Origin: an archaeon
GTDB taxonomy: Archaea > Iainarchaeota > Iainarchaeia > Iainarchaeales > CSSED10-239
NCBI GenBank assembly: GCA_035390665.1
Contig: DAOOUC010000002.1
Span: forward strand, 90,001 to 122,000
DNA: 32,000 bases
Direction of reading: 5' to 3'
Below, one piece after another: positions 1 through 7,972 of the stretch (the stretch's first letter is position 1; each line of letters starts with the position of its first letter). The notes beneath the pieces were generated by a model. The model was not told where the DNA came from and made no database searches. It was given only the letters and a program-made list of their open reading frames with translations. The translations under genes and the position numbers were made by a program.

Positions 1-248
1 TTGGGGATATGGTGGCAACTGCGGTTTCTCAAAGATTTAGAGGATATGGTCTTCAAAGATTTTTAATAAAAGAAAGAGTAAAATATTTTAAAAAGATAAA
101 AAAGAAATATGTAGTAACTGATGTTAATCCAAAAAACAAACCATCGGAAAATAACATTCTTGCCTGTGGGTTTAAATTTACTAAAAAATCAAAAAGTAGA
201 AGAAGAAAAAGTAAAGTGATGTTAAATCATTATATTTTAAAACTATAA
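1..248 (+). CDS. GNAT-family N-acetyltransferase, C-terminal fragment with Lys/Arg-rich tail; the 5' end lies outside the window
   Basis: Frame 3 is open from the window edge. VSQRFRGYGLQRFLI fits GNAT motif A (R/Q-x-x-G-x-G/A) and NNILACGFKF fits motif B. The ORF track shows only the part from an internal Met (9..248). Confidence 0.5.
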   Translation, partial: GDMVATAVSQRFRGYGLQRFLIKERVKYFKKIKKKYVVTDVNPKNKPSENNILACGFKFTKKSKSRRRKSKVMLNHYILKL

Positions 249-322
249 TTATTTAAAAACAAACAATTATAAATAGTTTAATTCATAAGTATTAAGCTAT
301 AATTAAAAAGGGGGTTTTAAAA

Positions 323-505
323 ATGGCATTATTAGAAACAATTTTAGGAATACTTGCACTTGTTGCAGCAATATGGGTAATATATGATGTATTCACAAAC
401 AACAAGAAATTAAAAACAGAAATGAAAATATTATGGACTGTTCTTGCAATTGTTTTTAACATCATTACAGCAATTGTTTACTATTTCATGTACAAAAGAA
501 AATAA
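323..505 (+). CDS. Small two-helix membrane protein, PLD N-terminal (PLDc_N)-like
   Basis: 60 aa with two hydrophobic helices. The pattern W-V-I-Y-D ... K-x-L-W ... Y-Y resembles the cardiolipin-synthase N-terminal small-protein family. AGGGGG lies 8 nt upstream of the ATG and a hairpin plus T-tract follows the gene. Confidence 0.55.
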   Translation: MALLETILGILALVAAIWVIYDVFTNNKKLKTEMKILWTVLAIVFNIITAIVYYFMYKRK

Positions 506-514
506 GTTATAAAT

Positions 515-542
515 TGCCCAAACTTTTGGGCATTTCTTTTTT
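515..542 (+). terminator. Hairpin (TGCCCAAA / TTTGGGCA) followed by TTTCTTTTTT
   Basis: An inverted repeat at 515-522 / 525-532 was read directly. A T-rich run at 533-542 follows, 10 nt after the stop of the 60-aa ORF. Confidence 0.5.
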
Positions 543-546
543 ATTT

Positions 547-562
547 TAAAACCTTTTATAAT
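547..562 (+). promoter_or_regulatory. BRE/TATA-like box (AAAACCTTTTATAAT) upstream of the FKBP gene
   Basis: Matches the recurrent window motif A-rich + [GC]C + TTT(T)ATA. It lies about 55-70 nt upstream of the ATG at 617, which leaves room for the AAGGAG Shine-Dalgarno-like site at 598-603. Confidence 0.4.
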
Positions 563-616
563 GGTTTTGTCTCATAAATATATATTCTATTTTTAGAAAG
601 GAGAGAATGATTTAAT

Positions 617-1192
617 ATGAGTGTTAAAGAAAATGATTGGATTTCTGTAGATTATGAAGGAACATTAAGTGACGGGCAATTATTTGACTCAAGTAAAGGC
701 AGAGAACCATTAAAATTTAAAGTTGGAGCAGGGATGGTAATTCCTGGTTTCGATGACGGAGTTGTTGGAATGAATGTAGGAGAAGAAAAAACAATTGATA
801 TTTCTGCAGAATTAGCATATGGTCCAAAAAATAATGAAATTGCTAAACTTCCAAAAGAACTTTTAAATGGTATAAGCGACCTTCAAGAAGGAAAAGAAAT
901 AACAGTAATGTCTGGAGTTGGTCCATTATCTATATTTATTTCAAAGATTGAAGAAACAACAATTGATGCAATCTTGAATCATCCATTAGCTGGAAAAGAT
1001 TTAAGATTTAAAGTAAAACTTTTAGAAATCTTATCTCCAGAAGAAGCCGAAAAACTAGAAGAAGAAATGCAAGCACATAGTTGTGGCGGACATTGTTCAA
1101 GTTGCCATTCTGATTGTTCAGAAGAACACGGAGATGAGTGCGATTGTGATGAAGACGATTGCGATTGTGACGATGAAGACGACGAAGAATAA
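617..1192 (+). CDS. slyD: SlyD-type FKBP peptidyl-prolyl cis-trans isomerase with insert-in-flap domain and Cys/His/Asp/Glu-rich C-terminal tail
   Basis: The N-terminus is DWISVDYEGTLSDGQLFDSS...FKVGAGMVIPGFDDGVVGM and the C-terminal core is LNHPLAGKDLRFKVKLLEI, which is the typical split FKBP fold of SlyD/FkpA-like archaeal short FKBPs. The tail is CGGHCSSCHSDCSEEHGDECDCDEDDCDCDDEDDEE. Confidence 0.85.
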   Translation: MSVKENDWISVDYEGTLSDGQLFDSSKGREPLKFKVGAGMVIPGFDDGVVGMNVGEEKTIDISAELAYGPKNNEIAKLPKELLNGISDLQEGKEITVMSGVGPLSIFISKIEETTIDAILNHPLAGKDLRFKVKLLEILSPEEAEKLEEEMQAHSCGGHCSSCHSDCSEEHGDECDCDEDDCDCDDEDDEE

Positions 1193-1331
1193 TTTCTTCT
1201 AAATCCCAAGAAAAATTCATTGATTTTTCTGGGCCCAGAAAACATTAGTTTCCCAAAGAAAATTATTAATTTTCTTGAGCACATAAAAGCTTTGCTTTTA
1301 TTGTGTCTTGGGTGTCTTTTTTTATTAAAAT

Positions 1332-1347
1332 AAAGCTTTTTATATTC
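1332..1347 (+). promoter_or_regulatory. BRE/TATA-like box (AAAGCTTTTTATATTC) upstream of serS
   Basis: Carries the same motif as the other boxes in the window and lies about 45-55 nt upstream of the ATG at 1389. Confidence 0.45.
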
Positions 1348-1388
1348 TTTTGTTCTTATTTTATCTATAATATATATTGTGATAAATT

Positions 1389-2678
1389 ATGTTAGAATTA
1401 AAATTTATTAGAGAAAACACAAAGAAAGTTAAAGAAAATATAAAAAAGAAAGGAAAAGATTTCCTTTTGCCCTTAGTTGATGAACTTATTTCTTTAGATG
1501 AAGAGTATAGAAAAGGTATCATTCTAGCTAATGATCTTAAACACCAAAGAAATTCAGTAACTGAAAACATTGCATTAAATAAACAAAAAGGCCTTCCTGT
1601 TGATGATTTATTAGAAAAAGCAAGACAATTACCTGAGAAGATTAAAGTTGTAGACGAAAAACAAAAAGAACTTTATGAAAAAATAATTGATATTCAAAAA
1701 AAAATACCAAATATTATTTCTAAAAAAACACCAATAGGTAAAGACGATACTGAAAATAAAGAAATCAAAAGATTTGGAGAACCAGAAAAAAAAGATTTTC
1801 CAATAATTAACCATGGAGAAATTGCAGAAAAACTTAATGTTGCTGACTTTGAAGCAGCAAGAAATGTTTCAGGAAAAGGATTTTATTACTTAAAAGGCGA
1901 TCTTGCACTTCTTAATAGGGCACTAATCAACTATGCTCAAGACTTCTTAAACAAGAAAGGATATATTTATGTGCTTCCACCACAGATGATAAACAAAAGA
2001 GCTTGTGAGGGAAGTGTGGATTTTTCTTTTTTTAAAGATATGGCTTATAAGATTGAAGGCGAAGATCTTTATTTAATTGCAACTTCTGAGCATCCACTTA
2101 TCTCTATGTTTGTAGACAAAACAATTGATGAGGAAAAGCTACCAATCAAGATGTTTAGTTTCTCTTCTTGTTTTAGAAAAGAAATTGGATCTCATGGTTT
2201 AGATGAAAGAGGACTTTTTAGATTACATCAATTTGATAAAGTTGAGCAAATTATTATTTGTAAACCAGAGGATTCAGAGAAAGCATATGATGAGCTTTTA
2301 AAAAATACAGTTAAACTTTTTACATCACTTGAACTACCAACAAGAACTTTAGAAATTTGTACCGGAGATTTAGGAGACTTAAAATACAGAAGTGCAGATG
2401 TCGAGGTGTGGTCACCAAGAAACAACAAATATATTGAGGTTGCTTCTTGTAGTAATCTTACATCAGCCCAAGCAGTAAGGCTTAACATTAAAGCAAAGAC
2501 AAAGCAAGGCGAAAAATATTATGTTCATACTCTTAATGACACAGCAGTTGCCACGTCTAGAGCGCTTGTAGCAATACTTGAAAACCACCAAACAAAAGAA
2601 GGTACAATTAAGATTCCAAAAGTCTTACAGAAATACATGTATGGTAAAACAGAGATTAAAAGAAATGAAATATTTTGA
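1389..2678 (+). CDS. serS: Seryl-tRNA synthetase (bacterial-type class II)
   Basis: 429 aa. The N-terminal coiled-coil arm starts MLELKFIRENTKKVKENIKKKG. Class II motifs are present (FRKEIGSHGLDERGLFRLHQFDKVE and YVHTLNDTAVATSRALVAILENHQ). Confidence 0.95.
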   Translation: MLELKFIRENTKKVKENIKKKGKDFLLPLVDELISLDEEYRKGIILANDLKHQRNSVTENIALNKQKGLPVDDLLEKARQLPEKIKVVDEKQKELYEKIIDIQKKIPNIISKKTPIGKDDTENKEIKRFGEPEKKDFPIINHGEIAEKLNVADFEAARNVSGKGFYYLKGDLALLNRALINYAQDFLNKKGYIYVLPPQMINKRACEGSVDFSFFKDMAYKIEGEDLYLIATSEHPLISMFVDKTIDEEKLPIKMFSFSSCFRKEIGSHGLDERGLFRLHQFDKVEQIIICKPEDSEKAYDELLKNTVKLFTSLELPTRTLEICTGDLGDLKYRSADVEVWSPRNNKYIEVASCSNLTSAQAVRLNIKAKTKQGEKYYVHTLNDTAVATSRALVAILENHQTKEGTIKIPKVLQKYMYGKTEIKRNEIF

Positions 2679-2683
2679 ATTTT

Positions 2684-3145
2684 ATGAAATACAATAAACT
2701 TCAAGAAAAGTATTTTGAAGATGAGCGAGTTGTTAATTCTGGAATAATTATCTTTAACAAAGATAAAATCCTTCTTGTTGAACGAAAGGACAAAAAACAT
2801 TTGGAACTTCCTGGTGGAAAAATTAAACTTCTTGATACAGACAAAACCAAAAAAGAAACTTTAAGAAATGCGGCAATTAGAGAAGTATTTGAAGAAGTAC
2901 ATATTAAACCAGAAATATTAAATTATTCGCCTTTCTATATTGATTTTGAAACTCCAGATAAGATAAAAAGAAGAAGCTATAATTTTATTGCAATATCAAA
3001 TAAAGAACCAAAGATAACTGAAAAACATATTTTCTCAACTGCAAAATATATTGCAGTTAAAGATTTAGAAAAATATAATCTTGCACCAAATGTAATTACC
3101 TTAAAAGAGCTATTTAAAACCTGTCTTTTTAGATATAAGTTTTAA
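2684..3145 (+). CDS. Nudix hydrolase
   Basis: The Nudix box is recognisable: E-TLRNAAI-REVFEEVHI fits E-x7-REUxEExGU with G->H, and there is an insertion after the LPGGK glycine. The start is taken at ATG 2684. The track ORF starts at a TTG (2675) that overlaps the serS stop. Confidence 0.7.
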   Translation: MKYNKLQEKYFEDERVVNSGIIIFNKDKILLVERKDKKHLELPGGKIKLLDTDKTKKETLRNAAIREVFEEVHIKPEILNYSPFYIDFETPDKIKRRSYNFIAISNKEPKITEKHIFSTAKYIAVKDLEKYNLAPNVITLKELFKTCLFRYKF

Positions 3146-3192
3146 CTTTAATCTTTAAAAAGATATCGCTATATAATATTTATAATTAACTC

Positions 3193-3235
3193 CCTACCAT
3201 TGAGAATCTTTTAGATTCACAACGGTAGGATTTTT
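3193..3235 (+). terminator. Long imperfect hairpin (17-position arms, 15 paired, 3-nt loop) followed by T5; either a terminator or a 5'-UTR structure
   Basis: CCTACCATTGAGAATCT-TTT-AGATTCACAACGGTAGG at 3193-3229, with mismatches at 3199/3223 and 3203/3219. TTTTT follows at 3231-3235. It sits 12 nt upstream of the NYN gene ATG and downstream of a TATA-like CGCTATATAATATTT (3169-3183). Confidence 0.4.
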
Positions 3236-3246
3236 AAGTGATTTAA

Positions 3247-3774
3247 ATGTCTGATTCTATAAAGCGAATAATGATATTTATTGATGGAAGTAACTTCTAT
3301 TATGCTTTAAAAAGATCTTTTTCTAAAACAAATATTGATTTTGAAAAATTTTGTAATTTTCTTGTTAATTCAGACAATTTAATACAAATTAAATATTATA
3401 ATTCTCCATTAAATCGAATAGAAAATCCAGAAGAATATAAAAAGCAGCAGAAATTTTTTGAATATTTATCTGAAGTGCCATTAATTGATATATATTTTGG
3501 AAGATTAGAAAAAAGACCAGATGGTAAAAAAGCAGAAAAAGGAGTAGATGTTAAATTAGCAGTTGATTTAGTTGTTAATGCTTATAAAGACAGGTACGAT
3601 ATAGCAATATTAGTGTCAAATGATGCAGATTTTATCCCTGCAATACAAGAAGCTTTAAATTTGAATAAAGAAGTATATTATGTTGGATTTCCAAAAATGA
3701 AATCATATCATTTAAATAAAGTTTGTTCTAAAACTATTAAGGTTAATGATATTTCAGAATACCTAAGAGAATAA
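3247..3774 (+). CDS. NYN-domain (LabA/DUF88-like) predicted ribonuclease
   Basis: IMIFIDGSNFYYALKR at the N-terminus, and later GVDVKLAVDLV...YDIAILVSNDADFIPAIQEA, which together form the characteristic Asp-containing NYN/PIN-like motif set. Confidence 0.8.
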   Translation: MSDSIKRIMIFIDGSNFYYALKRSFSKTNIDFEKFCNFLVNSDNLIQIKYYNSPLNRIENPEEYKKQQKFFEYLSEVPLIDIYFGRLEKRPDGKKAEKGVDVKLAVDLVVNAYKDRYDIAILVSNDADFIPAIQEALNLNKEVYYVGFPKMKSYHLNKVCSKTIKVNDISEYLRE

Positions 3775-3786
3775 TGTGAGACAAAA

Positions 3787-6700
3787 ATGCAAGTAAAAGA
3801 ATTAGTTCTAAAAAATTTTAAGTCTTTTGATTATGCCAGTATTCCATTTAAGCCAGGATTTCAAGTAATTGTTGGCCCTAATGGGTCAGGTAAAAGTAAT
3901 ATAATTGATGCTCTATTATTTGGTTTTGGTTCAACATCCCTTAAAAGATTAAGAGTAGATAAAACCGCTAATCTTGTTAATCAATCAGCTAAAGAAAGAA
4001 CTGCAAGAGTAAGGGTTGTATTTAATCACGAAGGCAAAGATCTTGACATTATTAGAGAAATTGATGAAACAGGAAAGTCTGCTTGCTCTTTAGATGGTAA
4101 AAGAAAAGCATTAAATGAAATTACTTCTTTTTTAGCAGAAGTTGGAATAACTGCAGATGGATATTATACAGTTCAACAGGGAGATGTTACAAGAATTATT
4201 AACATGAACCCAGAAGAAAGAAGAAAAATAATAGAAGATATCTCTGGTATTTCTCTCTTTGATGAAAGAAAAAAAGAAGCACAGGATAATCTTGATAAAG
4301 TAAATAAAAGATTAGATAAAGTATCAATTGCATTAAATGAAAGAAAACCGTATGTTGAACAATTATCTGCTGAAAGAGAAAATGCTTTAAAGTTTAAAGA
4401 ATTAGATAGTTTAGAACAGCTATATAATTATAATCTTTATAATCAACAAATAACTGAATTTAATAATGAATTAATATTAGAAGATGGAAAGATTAACAAA
4501 CTATTATCCGAGATTGAAGACAATAACAAAGAAAAGAAAAATATACTTTTTGAAATTTCAGATTTAGAAAATAAACTAGAAACAATAAATAATGATTTAA
4601 TATCTCATTCAGAAAAAGTCCAATCTACTTTTGGTAAAGAACTTTCTGAGAGAAAAGCAAATAAAGAAATAATTCTTAATAATTTAAATTTAAGACAAGA
4701 AAATATTGATTACTTAACTAAAGAAAACAATAGATTAGCTTTAGAAATAACAGAACTAATAAAAGAAGAAAACACTCTTTCCATTATAATTAAAGAACAA
4801 GAAGAAAAATTAAGAAACAAAAACAAAATAAAATCAGAACTTAAAGAAAAAATACAAAAAAGTTCAAAAGAGTTTGAAGAGATTAGAACTGTTCAAGAGG
4901 AATTGTATTCTCGATTATCTACAATAAATAAAGAGATTACAAAACAACAAGACGAATATTTTTCAAATAAGAATAAAATTTCAGCTTATGAATTCCAAAA
5001 AGAAAGTTTAGAAAAACAAACAAAAGAAAGAGATGAAAATCAAAAGCAATTATCAATTAGAAAGAAAGAATTGGAAAGTAGTATTTCAACTTTAAGAAAA
5101 GAATTATCTGACATTGAAAAAGAAATACAAAATAGTAATAAACTACTTGAAACAAAAACAAAAGAAAAAGAAGAATTACAATTACAATTTAATCAAAAAA
5201 CAATAGAGGTTTCGGGATTAAGAAAAGACCTTTCTTTTAGTTCTAGTGCTCTAGAAAAAAGAGATAAACTTAAAGAGAAGTTAAAAGTACACAAAACATT
5301 TTTAGGATTTTTAGATGATTTTGTTTCGTTAAACAAACATCAAAAATCTGTTTATTCTAATTATATAATATTAAAAGAAAAATCAGAAATATCTAAAATC
5401 ATAAAAGAATTTGAAAATATTAATTTTAATTTTGTGGTGTTATCTTCAATTGGTGTGTCTGAAAAAGAACTATCCAATCATTTCCAAGAACACTTTAATA
5501 CTAAACACAAAGTAGAAGAAATAGATGGTTTTTATTTTGATGGTTTCTGTTATAAAAGAATACTTGTAAAAGACACAAAAGAACTTGAAGAAAAGATTAA
5601 TCATATAGACAAAGAACTTGAAAAAATCAAAGCACACTTACAAGAGGCGACAACAAAAATATCTGAAACCTCACAAGAGCTAACTCAAAAAACAAAAGAG
5701 CAAACACAATTACAAGTTAGATTAAACACATCAATACAGACACTTGATGATATTATTGAAAATCTTGAAGGAATAACCAGTAAGTCATCAGGAGAAAGTG
5801 GCGCAACTATTAAAACCATTACACAAAATCTTGGACAACTCTCAAGTCAAATTTCTGACCTTGATACTAACCTTACAAATTTACGTAAAGAAAAGCAAGA
5901 GATTGAAGACAAATTAAAGTCCTTAAACATTGGTGTTCAAAACACCTTAAGAGATGATTATGATTCTTTGGTAACTGAAACAAATACCTTAGAACAAAGC
6001 TTAATTTCTAAAAATTCAGAAATTAAATCTACAAAAGAAAAACTAGATAATAAAAAAAATCTTGTAGAACTAAACAATCAAAAGATTTCTGATATTACAA
6101 AGCAATTAAATGATTTCAAAGACCAGATAACAAAGATTGATAACAAGATTTCAGAAATTAATAAACAGTTAGATTTTGAAAACAGTAAGAAGGAAGGTCA
6201 ATTCCAGTATAAGTCAAAGATTAATCAAGAGATTGCTATATTAAATCAAAAAAGTCATGAAATAGATTCTTTAATTTCAGATATTAATTCTGAGATAAAT
6301 GATTCTCGTCTAAACATAAACACTCTCAAAAGTAAAATTATTCAATCAGAACAAAGTCTAAAACTTCTAGATATAAAAACAGATTTAGAAAAGATTAATC
6401 TTCCAATTGAACAAATCTTTTCAAAATTAAGGAGCATAAAAAGAGACAAGAATGCTTTAGGCAATATAAACTTTAATGCAATAGATTCTTATGAAAAGCT
6501 TGCAAAAGAATACGAAGAGATTATTCAGAAGTATGACATAATTGTGGCTGAAAAAGCACAAGTTGAAGCAATGCTAAATGAAATAAATATGAAAAAGTCT
6601 GCAATATTTATGGATTGCTTTGATAAAGTAAACAAAGAGTTTAAAGACATAATTTCAAAGATGTCTAAGTCCTTGAAAGGTTCTTTGGAGTTATCTGGTC

Positions 6701-7041
6701 AAGATCCATTAACTTCTAATCTAATAATAAATATAACAAAAAACGGGCAAACAAAAAACATAGATATAATATCTGGTGGAGAAAAAACAATTACTGCTCT
6801 TGCAGTTATCTTCGCAGTGCATGCTTATAAGAAATCTCCATTCTATATCCTTGATGAAGTTGATGCTGCTTTAGATGATCAAAATTCAGAAAGTCTTCTA
6901 AATTACATAAAGGAATTATCTAAATCTGTTGCAGTAATCTGTATAACTCACAACAGCACAATAGTTTCAGGAGCAAACCAAGTAATTGGTGTAACTCTTA
7001 AAGGAAATTCCTCAGTTATTGGCCTTGATATGGCCATATAG
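3787..7041 (+). CDS. smc: SMC chromosome condensation/segregation ATPase with a short, divergent hinge
   Basis: Walker A is GPNGSGKSN. QQGDVTRIINMNPEERRKIIEDISG is present, followed by long Lys/Glu/Asn coiled coils. The C-terminal signature is ISGGEKTITALA and Walker B is FYILDEVDAALD. The protein is 1084 aa. Confidence 0.9.
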   Translation: MQVKELVLKNFKSFDYASIPFKPGFQVIVGPNGSGKSNIIDALLFGFGSTSLKRLRVDKTANLVNQSAKERTARVRVVFNHEGKDLDIIREIDETGKSACSLDGKRKALNEITSFLAEVGITADGYYTVQQGDVTRIINMNPEERRKIIEDISGISLFDERKKEAQDNLDKVNKRLDKVSIALNERKPYVEQLSAERENALKFKELDSLEQLYNYNLYNQQITEFNNELILEDGKINKLLSEIEDNNKEKKNILFEISDLENKLETINNDLISHSEKVQSTFGKELSERKANKEIILNNLNLRQENIDYLTKENNRLALEITELIKEENTLSIIIKEQEEKLRNKNKIKSELKEKIQKSSKEFEEIRTVQEELYSRLSTINKEITKQQDEYFSNKNKISAYEFQKESLEKQTKERDENQKQLSIRKKELESSISTLRKELSDIEKEIQNSNKLLETKTKEKEELQLQFNQKTIEVSGLRKDLSFSSSALEKRDKLKEKLKVHKTFLGFLDDFVSLNKHQKSVYSNYIILKEKSEISKIIKEFENINFNFVVLSSIGVSEKELSNHFQEHFNTKHKVEEIDGFYFDGFCYKRILVKDTKELEEKINHIDKELEKIKAHLQEATTKISETSQELTQKTKEQTQLQVRLNTSIQTLDDIIENLEGITSKSSGESGATIKTITQNLGQLSSQISDLDTNLTNLRKEKQEIEDKLKSLNIGVQNTLRDDYDSLVTETNTLEQSLISKNSEIKSTKEKLDNKKNLVELNNQKISDITKQLNDFKDQITKIDNKISEINKQLDFENSKKEGQFQYKSKINQEIAILNQKSHEIDSLISDINSEINDSRLNINTLKSKIIQSEQSLKLLDIKTDLEKINLPIEQIFSKLRSIKRDKNALGNINFNAIDSYEKLAKEYEEIIQKYDIIVAEKAQVEAMLNEINMKKSAIFMDCFDKVNKEFKDIISKMSKSLKGSLELSGQDPLTSNLIINITKNGQTKNIDIISGGEKTITALAVIFAVHAYKKSPFYILDEVDAALDDQNSESLLNYIKELSKSVAVICITHNSTIVSGANQVIGVTLKGNSSVIGLDMAI

Positions 7042-7088
7042 CAGGGTATATACCGAAAAGTAACTAATTCTGGTAAATAACTGTGTTT

Positions 7089-7104
7089 ATAAACCTTTTT
7101 AGCC
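7089..7104 (+). promoter_or_regulatory. BRE/TATA-like box (ATAAACCTTTTTAGCC) upstream of the surface-protein pair
   Basis: Carries the recurrent motif about 40-50 nt upstream of the ATG at 7142. The TATA half is less canonical here. Confidence 0.3.
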
Positions 7105-7141
7105 ATAAATTATTTATAACTCTAAAAAGTTAAGAAGTAAA

Positions 7142-7972
7142 ATGAGCTTATTTATGAATAAAAATATTTTAGTCTTAATCTCGGTATTATTAATGTCTAG
7201 TTATATTTATGCATCAAATATTACAGTTTCTTTTCCAGAAAATATAACTTTAGTAAATAATCCTGTTTCTGTAGAACTTTATGTTTATAATGGTTCTAAT
7301 TCTTCAGAATTAATAACTTTAACCTCTTATATTTCTCCTTTTCCAAGCTCTTTTTCAGAAAATCAATTTAGACTATCACCAAATGAATCCAAAAGAGTAA
7401 CAGTTACAATTTCTCCATTAAATGATTATTTAGAGTCAGTATATAGTTCAAGTATAGAAATAAAATCAGCTAATTATTATAATAAACAAACATTTAATAT
7501 TATTCAAAAAACCAATAGAATATGTTCTATTGATTTACAGTATTTTGTAATGTATGTTCCTTCTTCTGAGGAATATAAATTAGAATTAATACTAAAGAAT
7601 AATTCTATAGTAAATAAAGATATAGAAATTATTGGTTTAAAAGACATTAATCTTTCAGATGAGATAGGAATTGTTGAAATATCAGGCAAAACAGAGGTTT
7701 CTACAGTAAGATTGTTTAAAACAGAAGAAAGAAATGTAATTTTAGAATATAGATGTAATGGCTTATTTGGCAAAAAAGAAATAGAATTACCTGAGAAAAA
7801 GACCCCAATAGATATTAAAACAGGATTTACTGGTTTATTTTCATTCATTGGTTCTGTAAATCTAGGTAATTTCTGGGATTCTTTATTATTTCAAATAATT
7901 TTAATAATTATTTTAATTATTCTAGTCTTGTCTTTTTCAACAAGATACATAAAATATATTTATAAGAGATGA
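7142..7972 (+). CDS. Secreted/membrane-anchored surface protein with Ig-like (CARDB/NEW3-like) beta-sandwich repeats
   Basis: The N-terminus is signal-peptide-like (NKNILVLISVLLMSSYIYA). Segments of the V-x-L/V-x-V/L-x-N-x-S type are present and there are many N-x-S/T sequons. The C-terminus reads KTGFTGLFSF, then the TM helix LLFQIILIIILIILVLSF, then a basic tail. Confidence 0.6.
   Translation: MSLFMNKNILVLISVLLMSSYIYASNITVSFPENITLVNNPVSVELYVYNGSNSSELITLTSYISPFPSSFSENQFRLSPNESKRVTVTISPLNDYLESVYSSSIEIKSANYYNKQTFNIIQKTNRICSIDLQYFVMYVPSSEEYKLELILKNNSIVNKDIEIIGLKDINLSDEIGIVEISGKTEVSTVRLFKTEERNVILEYRCNGLFGKKEIELPEKKTPIDIKTGFTGLFSFIGSVNLGNFWDSLLFQIILIIILIILVLSFSTRYIKYIYKR

Noticed and set aside
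979-1284. The track lists antisense ORFs (979..1284 and 1008..1220, minus strand), one with a striking poly-Ser/Gln run.
   Set aside because: They are the reverse-strand reading of the GAA/GAC/GAT-rich acidic tail of the well-supported FKBP gene and of the downstream spacer. They have no start context and no family resemblance.
2675-2683. The track starts the Nudix ORF at a TTG that overlaps the serS stop.
   Set aside because: An ATG lies three codons downstream (2684), and nothing conserved is lost by using it. The TTG start cannot be excluded, but it is not needed.
3787-7041. I considered whether the long coiled-coil ATPase is Rad50 rather than SMC.
   Set aside because: There is no central CxxC zinc hook and no adjacent Mre11. 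The QQG...EERR block after Walker A, together with the LSGGE-type signature followed by DEVDAALD, fits SMC better.
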